Shown piece by piece: positions 35,536-49,599 of a DNA stretch of 64,000 bases. How positions within the stretch are numbered: position 1 is the stretch's first letter; each line of letters opens with the position of its first letter. Under the pieces are notes generated by a model, which worked only from the letters and a program-made list of their open reading frames with translations, did no database searches and was not told the DNA's origin. The DNA lies in the NCBI GenBank assembly GCA_950097015.1, contig CATNEN010000014.1:930001-994000 (forward strand). The letters run 5' to 3'. This DNA comes from Macrostomum hystrix (Eukaryota > Animalia > Platyhelminthes). The position numbers and the translations under genes are program-made.

Positions 35536-36388
35536 TTATTTGTATATTTTATTCATACTTATTTTTGAAAAATATATAAATAGGAAAAAAATTTATAGTC
35601 ATTGATACATACGTATTTTTTTCTTTAAGAAAATTTACAGCCACAAAACACTTTTCTTTGCTTTACCTGTTTAAAGCTTGCTTTGATTTCCGTTTTGAGT
35701 TGCTTTTCAGTACGATATGAATTTCTAAGGAGGCTCTGCACCTTTACCGGTTAAGCTATGTCTTGCTGTAACCCTAACCCTGAAATTATTTCCTATCTCT
35801 ATTCATAAAAATACATATTTTTGTTTAGAAGTCGCACAAAAACTGAGTGTTATTCAAAATTTTCGTTATTAATATATTAATAGGGTATGTCAATCATCTT
35901 GTTGCGGACTTATAAAAACCAACTTCGTCCATATATTAGGGCATATGCATTTTGGCAATTGAGCATATTTTGTTAAATTCTTAACATGATTCGAATGCCA
36001 GTTTTTATGTAACTGATTAAAATAAAATAAATTTTCAAACAAACTTTCCTACTACCCTACTTGGCAACAGACGAGTTGACTTATTTTGTAGGCAAATAAA
36101 ATTCATGGACAGACAAATTAGTAGGCCAACTTATCCTTAAATGAAATGAGAAAAAATAGCCATCATGCCAGTGTCGTGATCTTGCCTGTGTGTGAGTGGA
36201 AGATTTGCATATTTTTTAGTTCTTTGACTATTTTGAATGGTTTTGTATAGGCTATACTTTTTGTTCTATCTGCAGTGACGCCCTGGCATGCACTAGAGAG
36301 AGCTTGCTTGCTAAATAACAAATTGTGAATATGAACAGTGAGTTAGCTAGATGAGTATAATACATAACACAATTAGCTCATAAATTTT

Positions 36389-36858
36389 ATTGGTAGTTGT
36401 TATTTGTCCAGTTAGCCGGACAAATAGCCGTTTGATTATTTGTCCGGTTAACCTGTTAACCATCCAAGGACTTAATTTCTTCCTTTTCAACAAGCAGGAG
36501 CAATGATCCTCCCAAAGACCACGCTTGCCCTGCTGAGAGCCATCTTGAGTCTTGACCTTGCAAAGACCAAACTATACCCATGAACTAAGTTAGTCCCTGA
36601 AACAACCAATTTTCTGGAAAAGGTTTTAATTTTTTTAATTAGCTGATAAGCGAAAATAATTTGAGACACAAACTTCAAATCTGAATGACTGTCCTTTTGC
36701 AGCTTGTTAATTATTTTATCTTACAAATGATAGAGGTTCTTGTGGTAGTGCTACAACCCCTTATAACTTAGTTAGGCCTATAAGTTATAACTCACTTAAC
36801 CGGACAAATAATCAAATGGCTATTTGTCCGGTTAACCGGACAAATAACAACTGCCAAT
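36389..36858. mobile_element. MITE-like element of about 470 bp with 63-bp terminal inverted repeats
   Basis: 36389-36451 is the reverse complement of 36796-36858 with about 4 mismatches; non-coding interior; no clean TSD. Confidence 0.8.
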
Positions 36859-39499
36859 TTTATTTGATGGCCATGAGAACAAGCCTTTAAATGAGTAAAA
36901 TTTTTGAGTGAGTGACTAGAATAAATATTAAAATGCTATTTTAACCATTGTTTACATATGACAGACTAAAGTGGCAAAGACACAAAAGCACCTGATCAAT
37001 ATAAACTTGTGCATTGCATGTACATTTTTATACTATCTTTTATTTTGTGATGATAAAAGCCATGGCAGACAACTTCGTTTTAATTGTCCTTACGCCATTA
37101 TGGCAGACAAGTTTGTAGGGGGGCCTATGAAGTTTATTTTAAAGAACAAGCTAATAGTAGAGTTGATAAAATGGCAGCAGATGAAAAGACCAGTAACCTT
37201 TGACAGTATCTATTTTAAATTTAATGTTCATGGGTTTGACTATCAAACATATAGCTAACTTATTCTGCATAACTTTCTGTACACTTTCCTATACTTTTTT
37301 CAAGAAAACTTTCAGCATTTGTAGTATATGGGAAATCACCTATATAAAAGCTACCCCTCAAAGTGCAATATAAACAAAAATAATTTTTTAATGACATTTA
37401 ATCACAATAGTTTAATGTTGGCCTTCTTCTATCCATCAACACCACTCAGTTTTTATTCATATCATATATTGTGTCTTGTTGTAAGTATTAATAGATAAGC
37501 AAGTAACTGCTTTGACAAGAAGCTTTTACTCTGGTTGTAAAAAATGTATTTAATAATTTTCAGAAAAACTACAGAAAGCAATGCAAGGAATTATGCCAAA
37601 AACTAATTGGGATAAGTTAAATACATATATATCTATAAGACTATGTACTAGCTGATCATATCTAGCTAATGCCAATGAAAATATTGCTGGCAATTTGCTT
37701 TATGCCTTCATTATTGTGGCTCTTGTTGGAGCCTTTTAATATATATTTAAATTCAGTTATGTAAAGGCCTACTAATACTAGTGCTAATATTGATTGTTAC
37801 AGGGCTTACCATACCACTCTATCTTACTCTCTACTGGTAGCATATCACTTGGCACAAGTGGTCTCTATCTAAGGCTCTTTGAATACCAGTCTTCATTGGG
37901 CATTTTCCATGGATCAGAGGGCCAGAGCCTCAAACAACCAACTCAATACTTTAACACTCTTTTGACCTTTTTACTCAATTATAGCTTATTTGCTTTTTGC
38001 TGCATTGGCAAGTTGTCTTGTTGCACAGAAAGAGCAACTACTTATATACACAGAATATATTTTGTTAAAATGAGTAAATTTCACAGAATACTCAATATTT
38101 TACATATAAACAATATTATTGGTACCAATTCAATTTACAAAAAACATCCATACTACATGGGTAAATCTCACCAAGCAACATCGGAATTTGTCCTCTTAAA
38201 AAATTCTCGAAAACAACACATGTAATAGCTCTAAAATATTTATTTCCACCAACAGAATGTAGTTTGCATACTAAAAGCACAAAATATTAAAGTCTTATGC
38301 TTGAAAATTATTTTTTGTTTTTCTGGAGAAACGTACATCACGACTGTTACAAATAAATTATAAATCGTCCTTTTAGCAGATATTATCAATGGTATAACTA
38401 ATTTGCACTTAAAAAGACTAACTAAACCTTTTTGTTGCTAAAGTTTTTTCTGATTACTAGTTTTTTTGTTTTTCTCCTTGATCTATGGACTCAATATTTT
38501 TTAACGTTGGTAGTTCGCACAAGCTAATTATGGCTTACATCTTAATTATGGCTACTAAGATGAAAGCAGATATGCCAACTCAAAGCCGAACAGAAGTCTT
38601 TTAGCTTAATGAAATACATTTTACCTCTGTTAGATTACATAGATAAAATGTTTCGAGAGAATATTATTGTTTGTTCTATCTGCAGAAAAAGATAAAAATC
38701 GATTATTAAAAGAAAGTAACCATCCTAGATCCTATAGGCTATAGATGGAAGACTTTAGATTTTTCTGTTCTAAAGTGTAAAGCTGAAGCATAAGCTTTGC
38801 AAATGAATTATTGAAATTATTTTATAGAAATTATAATGGTATTGAACAGAAGCGGGACAGATCGTGATTAGAAAAATTATTAATTACATACAAAAATCGC
38901 AAAAGCAGCATTTATATCCGTAGAACAAATCAAAGGAACAAAGTTTTCAGTTCTCTAGAAATTGAGAGTATATTCAGAATATTGGGAATATTTAAAAGCA
39001 AACAAATAATGTCATTGTCTACTGATGATTACAAATAGAGAGAAGGGAAATGGACCTATAAACTAGTTCATGTTTGTGCTGAAGAAATCCACTATAAATG
39101 TGCTTTATGACATAAATCAAAATTGGACGTGTCTATCAATTAGACTGATATAAAAGTGATATAAAATCTACATACTGTACTAGGACATTCACTGAATGAT
39201 TATGCTCAATAGATTCATTTATTTGGATAAAATAAATGCACGAATATAAATTACTATGAAACCCAAAACAATTTACCTGTTTAAATAATATTTAAACAGG
39301 CAGCACCAGCTACGGAACGAGACTACACTCATTGCAGGGAAAGAACTACGGGAAAGCCCCCGAGGGAAAATATCGTAGACCTGGTGTAACCCATAAATAC
39401 AAATAGCAGTGCTCATGTGTGACAAGTCTATGACATCATTTTTTCAGTATCGAAATTGTTATTTAAAATCATGGTTATTCTACTAGACGCAAGAGACAG

Positions 39500-42055
39500 T
39501 TAACTTTCTCGAACGACACAGGCAGGTGTGCAATAGAAACTCGAAGGCACTGGAGTTCCGGGCTCAATGCCGATACACACGCAGTGGTACCAACGCAAGC
39601 ATCCTTCGCACTCAATCCACGTGATGGTGCCGATTGGCTTTGAACAGTCGTCAGCCGCACACGAGTCACTCGCTTCAAAGCCACTTCGGCGGCCGCGACC
39701 AAGACCTCGACCACGACTTCGGCCACGACCTCGACCACGGAAACTGCCGCTACAAATGGAGCTTGATGACGGCTCTTGTGGCGGTCTAGGATTCCAATGT
39801 GCTGTGCAAGAGCTGGTCGCCGTCACATGAAACATTGAAAGATTAGACCCTTCTCATTGCGGCAAACGTGATGGGCCTTAGCGATTCCCAGCATCGGAGT
39901 CAGCTGCGTCAAAGAAAGAACAGTGCGGAACTCGTCTATCTGTGTCGGATCAATGAGGAAAAGCAGCACATTGATGGGTTTCCGTCCAGAAACAGCCGCC
40001 AGGACATCTTCCGGCTCCAACACGCTTCTACCGGTAGCCACCACCTCGTCACACCGCCGCTTAATAACTGCTCCAACGCCGTCTGCTGCACTTTTTCCAT
40101 GTCCGGCTTCTGTGTACAGCCATTGCCACTTGTCAATTCCACGCTTTCGCAGCAGCCGATCGATGATGAAAACCGAAAATCGATTGCGATACTGACTGCT
40201 TGGGGAGTCTGAAATGACAGTGACTCTTTCTAGGCAACCTGGTGTCAACGTTTCGAAGTGGTTGAGTACAGGCTGCAAATGAGCGGCGACGGCCTCAGCT
40301 GTCTTTCTCCTATCTGCAGAGAGTGTCGCAAAGCAGCGTGGTGGCTGGTTGTACATGTACGCGACTCCTTGGTGGATGGTCACCTCCTTATGGGATCCGA
40401 AGTGCGCCCCCTGTGAGATGTGCATTTTAGAATATTTAAATTAGCATTTTCAATGCTATTAATTATTCGTCTAGACTTGCCATCCAATGCATCTGCCTCA
40501 AAGCATTACCTCCTTTATGCCTCCAACATAATTGTAGACGCTGACCACAGGATTAAAGCGACCCTATCAATATCTACAATTCGCCACACGACCATGACGC
40601 TAAGCATTGAAATATTTCTCATTCACACCTGTATAACATGATTGCCCGCAGTGTTTGGCACCAGTCCGTTAATAAGCGGTAATGAGCGTTAATGAGCGTT
40701 AATAACTTAAACGAAACACCGTCATTCATTTCTATAAATAACGGAATATGTTTTTTGTGTTAGCGAAATTCTCTGTGAATGAGCTTAGCCAGGGTTCCCA
40801 TCTAAAGCCAATCAAAGACAGAGACTCGAAGCACATATTAATTTTTTTTCACCTGTACCTCCGAGCCGTGCTTGCCAAGGTAACTTTCAGAGAAATCGAT
40901 GTGAATGACTAGATGTCCAGGTTCCAAATTCGATTTCACGTGCCTGATAGCTCGAAACTGGTGCCGAATTCTCATGTTATGTTGACAGAAGTGCCAGAAG
41001 TCGTCTATAAACTTTGCAACAACGACAGCTCTCTCCTCCGTGACTCGCACTAATTCCATACCACAAAAGGCATCCGACTTCTGCAGCTTCCATGCGCGGT
41101 AGGTGATGCTCGGTCCTGTGGCACCAGCCTTGTTAATTGGCACTTTATCCCTGCACTTCACACACTTCTGCATTAGGCACTCTGAGTTATAGTCGGAGCA
41201 CAGGACACGCTTCAACAACGATAACTTGTTCGCTGCCGGCACCAACTTCTTGGCCCAGAGAGCTTTCACTAGAAGATCGAAGTTAGTGCACTCCATGCAG
41301 AGACACTGGTCACGATCAGAGAGCCGTGGACGCACAATGTGCCACGGGCGCCAGCGGTAGAAGGTCGCTCTGCTGACGTTGAGGTGCAGGTTCGGGTTCT
41401 CAGACAGAAACTTCGCGTATAGCCCTTGTATACTATCCAGCAAGTAGCGTTTCTGCTTCCTCTGCTTCCGCATTGTGCACGTGTCCTTTTTAGATGCCGA
41501 CGCTCGTGAGTTGTCATCGCGGCAGTAGAAGGCAGTTACAGTGCCGATTAGCGACGGCAGTCTCTTGCGTGCTCTATGTCGGTGCTGGTGCTTTTTCCTG
41601 TGCAGCGAAGCCTTCGCAGCAGATGGGACGGATGCAGATGCACTAGCAAAGCCAACAGTGCCAGAAGTAACAGCAGCCCGCTGTGATGTGCGTCGCCGAT
41701 AGTCAGCTTTTTGAAGGCAGCTCAGCTGCCGTTTTAACTTTTCTAATTCGCTCAATTTTGCAGCGGCAGCAGCTTTTCGGCGGCAGGCCTCTCGTTTTTT
41801 GGCAGCCTCAGACTTAGTCTTCGTCCTTTTCGTCCTCGTAGGTTCAGCGTGAGTCTGCCGTTTAAGGTCGTTTACCTGCAGCCTCCTAAGCGACTCCGCC
41901 TCTGCGTCCTCTCTTGAAAGCCCATGCTGCCTATGTAATTGGCACTTTGTTACTAGGAAGCACTGGCGACGATGGTAGCCGTCAGGATCTTCCTTCAATT
42001 TCTGGGATCTATAGGCCCTCATCTTTATACGACGCGTGGCTATTTTGCTTGGCAT
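39500..42055 (-). mobile_element. Sola-like (probably Sola2) DDD DNA transposase with one intron and a frameshifted C-terminal PHD finger
   Basis: Exons 42055-40853 and 40410-about 39830 join as HIDFSESYLGKHGSEVQ|GAHFGSHKEVTIH. Further motifs SRATFYRWRP, DQCLCMEC, ISDSPSSQYRN, EAGHGKSAADGVGAVIKR. PHD: C-x4-C..WIECEGCLRWYHCVCIG..FYC..C. The superfamily assignment is from motif recall; TIRs not found. Confidence 0.7.
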
Positions 42056-44287
42056 GCTCCTGCAACTCGTGCAAAGCATGCATGAAAAAAAGTTATTTTT
42101 TATTTGCAATTTTTTTCTACATTTTCTTGTCTTACAAACTTACAAGTCTAGCTACATCCATTCCTTATGAATATGTATGCTGACAATGAATGTAGCCACG
42201 CTGCATCATTTATTAGCAATGATAATAAAGTAATATTACAAGCTGAAGATAATTTAAAGATGTGTAGCTGTCCATGTTCATTTTTATATTCTCTTATAGC
42301 AATAAATTAAACTTGACTTTAAATTTCCATTCAATTCATAGACTAAAAGTATCACAATATAAGAAAAAAATATATTTTTGCAGCACACACAAAAAATGTA
42401 AGGTTTACTGCGTTACTGTGTACAAAAGTTTCATTATCTATATATCAGCTTTCAATTTGTTAAACAAATTCTCAATTATAAAGAGTCCTTGGTGCCATTA
42501 TATGATTTATTAAACAAAAAAACAACTATTTTGCTACAACCGGTGTCACTAAAAAAATACAGTTACGTTATTCAAAGAAAGAATGGCAAAGGATCACGGG
42601 CCTATGACATATTGGCATTTATAAATAGCAGAAAGGTCTTTATTTTCTTTGGATGTCTTGACGTGTGTGTTATTAAAGTCTGTTTTGTGCTCATAAAGCA
42701 GCACTCAATATATACATTAATTAGAAATTCTTGGCTTACATTATATGTGGTGTGACAATTTTTTTGTCAAAGACTCTCCAAGAGGTTGTGAAGCTGTAAA
42801 TAAAAACTATTGCGCATTTTAAAAAAATTCTCTTGTTTAATGCACTTTCAGATTGGTAATTTAGAAGAGCAATTTTCATTTAGCAATTTCGTATAAATGA
42901 CACCGATGACTAATAACAGTAGAACCAAGTAATTTAATTAATGTTTTATGGTAATCTGGTTTCTTCTCACATATTCCCGTATACATACTTTATCATTAGA
43001 CTCGTTATCATTACAAATTTCCTGCCTAAAGTCCAAAATCGTGGCTCGGACACGCGTCGCTTATTAATTTTTCTGTTGAATTTTCGCAAAATGTGTCACT
43101 AATATCGAGCAGATTAGGAAAAATTAAATGCTTTGACATTAAAAACATCAATTTAGATTTTTAACAGTAAAAATATACCCATTTGACATTTACTTGCCGT
43201 TACATCATAAGTACTGTTACATCTGCAACTTTGTTATAATCTTCGGAAATGCAATTTGAGATTTACCCACATGATTAATTAGTGAATTTGTTTTTATTAT
43301 AGTTATTACAAGCAAGAATTTCTTACTTTTATTGGAGTAATGAATGATGCATTTTAATTGTTTAATATGTTAAAAATTGGTTGTAAATTTTTTATTTAAT
43401 ATTTATTATAATATCAATTATACTATTAGTCTATTGTAAAAGTCACTGTGGACTTCAGTAGTGTAGCTAATCATGAGTCAAGTTAAGACTCAAATCACAA
43501 CAACAAGCTTAGGGTTCTCAAACAGACAAGCAAATATATGTATACATAGAAATAAAGGAGAAAATATACTTAAAGAAAACTGGATAGTACAATCCAACCA
43601 ATCAAATTTTATTGTCTTGAAAATAGAAGTAAAACATACACAATCAGCTTCATGTTTGGTTGCTAGGCAAATCCTTAACTTGGTGAGAGGGAGGCCTTTG
43701 AATAAAATACTTGCTCAGTATTGATGCTTGTCAGTTCGAAATGTTTCTGTGACTAGAATGTAATTTCCAGCCCTGTAGTTAGTCCAATGAATTTTAGCCT
43801 CTCAATCCTAGGAAATTTGCCCCTTTTATATTTAGGGATTTTTTCCTTGAAATTCCTTTGTTTCCAGGAAACCATAGTCCCTATTATGTACCAACCCAAA
43901 ATTGTGACCTTTAAACAAGTAGCCAGTGCTCCACAAGTGAAGTCGCCAATAGTGATATAAAGTAGTGTAATGTTCTTTAGTTTTCTGTTGATTTTTTTCA
44001 TAAAATAATGTTTAATGTCTTACATTGCATAAAAATATAAATGCTGAATACTCCCCTTAGTTATTGCAATTTCTGACTCCGAAATTCCAGGTTGAACACA
44101 TAGGCAGTTAGTTCCATTCACATTTAACAAGTCAGTGTGCATTATTTGCTTTCAGATCTAGAAGTCTGCTTCCTGGTTGCATTCAGAATTAAAATTCTGT
44201 ACCCAGGAACTCATAGCTGAGTCCTGACTGTTGCACTCGTAGTGGATCAGGCCAAATTGCTAATTGTCCCAACAACTCACAGTTAAG

Positions 44288-47200
44288 ATGACATCGCTGG
44301 GGCATCGGTCCAGGACTGACTCTGGGTGAGTATTTTTCTCTCTCTCTCATTCTCTAAGTTTATTTCTACTCAAGAACCCAAAAAACCTAATAGACGAAGG
44401 TAAAATTGCTAAGCGTCCCCGCCTCCCTCACCGGCAGCACCGCGGCAGGCTCCGCCGGAGCGGCCCCAGCCGCGAACGGCCCACGTCAATTGGATTTCTA
44501 CGAGGCCATGTCGGACTTTCAGACAATGTTCCCCAGCCTGGACCCGCAACTCATCGAGTGCGTGCTGCGTGACAACAATGGCGTGGTGCACACTACAGTC
44601 GACAGCCTCCTGCGTCTCAGCGAGGGCCCGGCCGCGGCAGCCGCCGTACCCGGCGAATCGGGCAGCGCCGCATCGGCTCATTTTAAGAGGCGGCAGGCCG
44701 ACGGCGGTGGAAAGGCGGACTCCGCTGCCGTCGCCTCTGGCAGCATGGCTGGCGTCAAACCTGACGATCTGCCACCGTCATATGAACAGGTGCGAATTCC
44801 CATGTAGCACTCCGCACAGGGAGATCAGGAATGATCAGTTATAACACGAGACGCATTCTTGGGATTTCCCGAAAGCAGGCTGCATTCTTTCAAACTGGGA
44901 ATTCCCATAGATAGGCTGCGTTGTTGTAAACGGGCATTGTTAGGGAAATCCCAAGGTGGGACTCCATCCTTGTAAACGGAATAGTTTGGGAAATCCCAAG
45001 ATCGGACTCCATCCTTGCAAACTTAATAGTTAGGGAAATCCTAAGCTCGGACTCCATCCTTGTAAACTTAATAGTTAGGGAAATCCCAAGATCGGACTTC
45101 ATCCTTGTAAACTTAATAGTTAGGGAAATCCCAAGATGGGACTCCATCCTTGCAAACTTAATAGTTAGGGAAATCCCAAGGTGGGACTCCATCCTTGCAA
45201 ACTTAATAGTTAGGGAAATCCCAAGATGGGACTCCATCCTTGCAAACTTAATAGTTAGGGAAATCCCAAGATGGGACTCCATCCTTGCAAACTTAATAGT
45301 TAGGGAAATCCCAAGCTCGGACTCCATCCTTGCAAACTTAATAGTTAGGGAAATCCTAAGCTCGGACTCCATCCTTGTAAGCTTAATAGTTAGGGAAATC
45401 CCAAGGTGGGACTCCATCCTTGCAAACTTAATAGTTAGGGAAATCCCAAGGTGGGACTCCATCCTTGTAAGCTTAATAGTTAGGGAACTCCCAAGGTGGG
45501 ACTCCATCCTTGCAAACTTAATAGTTAGGGAAATCCCAAGGTGGGACTCCATCCTTGCAAACTTAATAGTTAGGGAAATCCTAAGCTCGGACTCCATCCT
45601 TGTATACGGGGAATTGCTATGGAAATCTCTAAACAGTCTGCGTCCTTGTGAACTTTAATCCGTTCACATCCTCTAAAACTGGGAACTCCCAGGAAAACTC
45701 CAATAGCCTTACTGGGACTGAGAGTTGCTGGTGAAATCTCTCACGATTTGCAAAGTGGGAGCTCCTCGGTGAATCAAGTAAAATTCTAAGAAATGCCGAG
45801 CATCTTGCTTCACCATGCTGATCTTCGCGATAATCGCAACTGCCTCTTCGTGGCAATCTATTTATTTTAGGAAATCAGCTTCTACACGCGTGGAGAAAAC
45901 ATACTTGTTGCAATTCTATCACCCTTCCTTTGCATTTTCTGCCATCAAAGGCCCTGCGCGCAAGCCAGCAGCCTTCGGCTGGTGGCAGCGGGAGTAGCGG
46001 CCAGTCCGCTGACCGGCACCACACGCATCCGCCCAAGCACTCCAGGCAGGGCGGCAGCAGCAACGGCGGTGGCAGCGGCAGGCACGGTGGCATCCGCCAC
46101 GGCCTTTCCTCACTGCAGCCGCAGCCACCACAGGCAGCCGCGGCTCCTACTCACAGCCTGGCGGCAGCTGGTACCACCATCGGCCATCACAGATCGCACT
46201 CGCAGCCGTCGGCGACAACTTTCAGCAGCTACAGCTTCCGTGCCACGGCAACTGCTGCCCCGGATGCTGCAGCGGTTGTGGCCGCTTCTGCAGCCGGCGC
46301 AACTGCGTCTACTTCAGCCACGACTTCGGCCTCCGCGTGCGGCTACCGTCGATGGAATCCGCCGCTCCTCGGTGCTCTGCCCGATGATTTCCTGCGCATC
46401 TCTTTTGTACCGGCAACCGCCGCTGCCGCCACATCCTCTGCCGTTGCGGTCTCTTCGGCCGCCTCGGTGGCCTCCTCCGCTTCTGTCGCCGCCACGGCTG
46501 GCTCCTCGGGTCGTCAAGGCGGCGGACGCAGCGGCGGCGGCTCAGGACGCAGCCGAAGTCACCACCACAAGTGCAGCAACTGCGGCCGATATCACCATCA
46601 TCACAGAGCCGGCGGTGGAGGCGGCAGCGGCGGTGGTCACCGGGGCGGCGCCGGCGGAGGCAGCGTCGGGAGGCCGCGCGATCCGAGCGACCAGCTGCCG
46701 GAGACGCCGCATCAGCCCGCGTCCCATCTCGTTCAGCCGCCGGTTCCACCACCCTCGGCGCAGCCTCCGCCACAGCCGCCGCGCCAGAGACCGAGCGGCG
46801 TTAATTGGCAGCAGCAGCAGCAGCAGCAGGCGCAGGCGATTTCGCCATCGTCCAGTTACCATAGCAACAGTTCTCACCCGAATCAGCCGCAGCACAGCCA
46901 TAGCGCTGTCTACAATCAGATCCTGGCCGACGAGCGCCTCGCCATCGCCCTGCAGAACGAAGAGTTCCTCTCACTGCTGCGCAACGACAGCGACTTCATG
47001 CGCACTCTGCAGCGCGACACCAGCCGGCGCACCCGCCGACTCATGCTCACGCAGTCCTCCGGGCACTGGCCGCAGCCTCAGCCGCTGCACTCGCGCTCCT
47101 TTTCGCAGCCGGCCGCCCCCCCGTCTATGCAGCCGCCGCAGCCGGCATTTCCGCCGCCGCCGTTTCTTCTGCCACCACCGCAGCCGCGGCCGCCGATGCC

Positions 47201-48337
47201 GATGTCGTCAATGGTTGAGACTGGACACCTTGTGCCCGGCAGCCTTGTGCCCACAGGTGAGCAAAATCGAGTTATTGCTTTTTAGCGATTAAAGTTTTAT
47301 ATTTTCTTTGTAATAATTTTGGTACTCCTTAGCTTTGGCATGCTTGGTACCGAATCCACCTGCCGTTCTTACAGAGGGCTACGGGCAAGACCAGTCGCCG
47401 GTTGAGCCAGCCAGGCCGGATGTCGGCTGCGGCTCCTCGGCTGCCGCCGCTGGAGTCGGTGGCAGCGACGAACTGAGCAGCCAGTTGCGGCATATGGGAA
47501 AGCGTGAGTGCAGCTCTATGGGACTTTATGCCTCATCGAGGTAGAGGCTGTGCAGTTCAGGGGTAGAGGCTGTGCAGTTCAGGGGTAGAGGCTGTGCAGT
47601 TCAGGGGTAGAGGGTGGGCAGTTCAGGGGTAGAGGCTGTACAGTTCAGGGGTAGAGGGTGAGCAGTTCAGGGGTAGAGGCTGTGCAGTTCAGAGGTAGAG
47701 GGTGGGCAGTTCAGGGGTAGAGGCTGTGCAGTTCAGGGGTAGAGGCTGTGCAGTTCAGGGGTAGAGGCTGTGCAGTTCAGGGGTAGAGGCTGTGCAGTTC
47801 AGGGGTAGAGGCTGTGCAGTTCAGGGGTAGAGGCTGTGCAGTTCAGGGGTAGAGGCTGTGCAGTTCAGGGGTAGAGGCTGTGCAGTTCAGGGGTAGAGGC
47901 TGTGCAGTTCAGGGGTAGAGGCTGTGCAGTTCAGGGGTAGAGGCTGTGCAGCTGTATCGCCGAGGCAGAGGTGGTTGCTTGAAAAGTTCCCTGAATTCCC
48001 TGTACAGTTTGGTATTGCTCCCTGGTTCCTCCGTCCCGCAGTGTCCGGCCGCCGGTTCGCCGAGATGGCGCGCAAGTTCTTCGGCATGGCGCGGCACTAT
48101 CGTCAGCGCCGCCAGCAGCACCTGCTGCTGCATCAGCCTCAGCTGCTGACCATGAGCGCCCAGACTGAGAGCACACTCAACCTGCTGGAGAATGGCGACT
48201 TTGACGCAGAGGATGATGGCGAGGTCAATCCAGCAATCGGCGGCGGTGGCGTCTTCTGCGGTCGCGACGTCCTCGAAGAAGAGGGAGCAGCGATGGCGGC
48301 CGAGACTCAGGAGGTGCACGAAGTCGATCGAGTCTGA
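44288..48337 (+). CDS. CUEDC1: CUE domain-containing protein 1 orthologue
   Basis: Exons 44288-44325, 44414-44789, 45951-47256, 47375-47503, 48042-48337. CUE domain LDFYEAMSDFQTMFPSLDPQLIECVLRDNNGVVHTTVDSLL, plus WNPPLLGALPDDFLRI, DERLAIALQNEEF and LRHMGK|LSGRRFAEMARKF, all matching CUEDC1 blocks. Confidence 0.9.
44925..45605. repeat. 45-bp intronic array, about 15 copies
   Basis: Unit TAGGGAAATCCCAAGATGGGACTCCATCCTTGCAAACTTAATAGT; period confirmed at 45183 and 45228. Confidence 0.95.
47540..47951. repeat. 22-bp intronic array, about 18 copies (GTGCAGTTCAGGGGTAGAGGCT)
   Basis: Directly visible in the last CUEDC1 intron. Confidence 0.95.
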
Positions 48338-48409
48338 TGCCTCGATGTTTTTTTTTACTTTTTATCAGTTTTTTCGGGTTACTTTTTAACTAACCGGGCA
48401 TCTGTTTCG

Positions 48410-48860
48410 GAATCTCTTCATTTTCACTCGGATTCTCCTCAGACAGTGAGAATTCCCTTCATTTTCACTCGGATTCTCCTCAGACAGTGTGAATTCCCTT
48501 TATTTTCACTCGGATTCTCCTCATACAGTGAGAATTCCCTTCATTTTCACTCGGATTCTCCTCAGACAGTGGGAATTCCCTTCATTTTCACTTGGATTCT
48601 CCTCAGACAGCGGGAATTCCCTTCATTTCGACTCGGATTCTCCTCATACAGTGGAAATTTCCTTCATTTTCACTTGGATTCTCCTCAGACAGCGGGAATT
48701 CCCTTCATTTCGACTCGGATTCTCCTCATACAGTGGGAATTTCCTTCATTTTCACTCGGATTCTCCTCAGACAGCGGGAATTCCCTTCATTTCGACTCGG
48801 ATTCTCCTCAGACAGTGCGAATTCCCTAATTTTCACTCGGATTCTCCTCCGGCAGTGGGA
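48410..48860. repeat. 41-bp array, about 11 copies, just 3' of CUEDC1
   Basis: Unit ATTCCCTTCATTTTCACTCGGATTCTCCTCAGACAGTGGGA; period confirmed at 48421 and 48462. Confidence 0.92.
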
Positions 48861-49599
48861 ATCCTCTTTTTTCAATAGGACTCTCATTATGTATTGCGGG
48901 AACTCCCGGTGTTTGCCTGGGTTTTCCATATGAGAGAACATTAGGGTCGGGAATTCCCAGAGTCAGTTCAGATTGATGCAGCTCTGTTTCTCAGCTGCTA
49001 CATGTAGATATCGCTAGTGCGCAGGATGCTCTTGTAGAATGGCCATATTTTTATAAGCTCGTGTCTGCACGGCCTACTTTACTCGGTCTGCAATGATTTT
49101 TGTGGCACAACTAGCTGTACAGTTTTAAATGATGCACTCGCTTTTTTAACTGACAGGACTTTAGATGTGTTTAAATTTAACATAACATTTTTTATATAAA
49201 AAATTTCATAAAACTTTCTTGTTTTTCTACTATCATTGTTAATCTATAGTTTATCTTCTCTGCTTGTGATATGCGACAATGGGTTTCTCTCCTTTGCGTC
49301 GCAGGTTTTGCAAATTTTTGTTATTCTGCAATTGCTTCTGAACCGTTTTTATTAGTCTGCACAGCTAGTTGTTGATTTCTACTTTTTATAAGTTGATTTA
49401 TTGTTTAGCGGGGAAGCGGCGTGCCTTCTCACCTTGGCTGCCAGCGCCTCACCTGCTGGCACCGTTGCGTGACTGTCATCCTGCTCTACAGCTGCATCTC
49501 CATGAGGTCCCATTGGGGCTTCGCGATTTACTGGTTTTGTGTCTGTGCTTTAGCTTTGACTTGTCCTCTGGCGTTCTGGACTGTCAGCTCGCTGTGTGT

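Noticed and set aside
39300-39445. Possible second Sola C-terminal remnant (GLHQVYD...SFPCNEC after a frameshift)
   Set aside because: Too short, and it needs an assumed frameshift.
45982-47292. Long overlapping or antisense ORFs over GC-rich exons (also 59473..60663, 59763..60683, 57830..58804, 20815..21306)
   Set aside because: Shadow frames of real GC-rich coding sequence, with no independent motifs.
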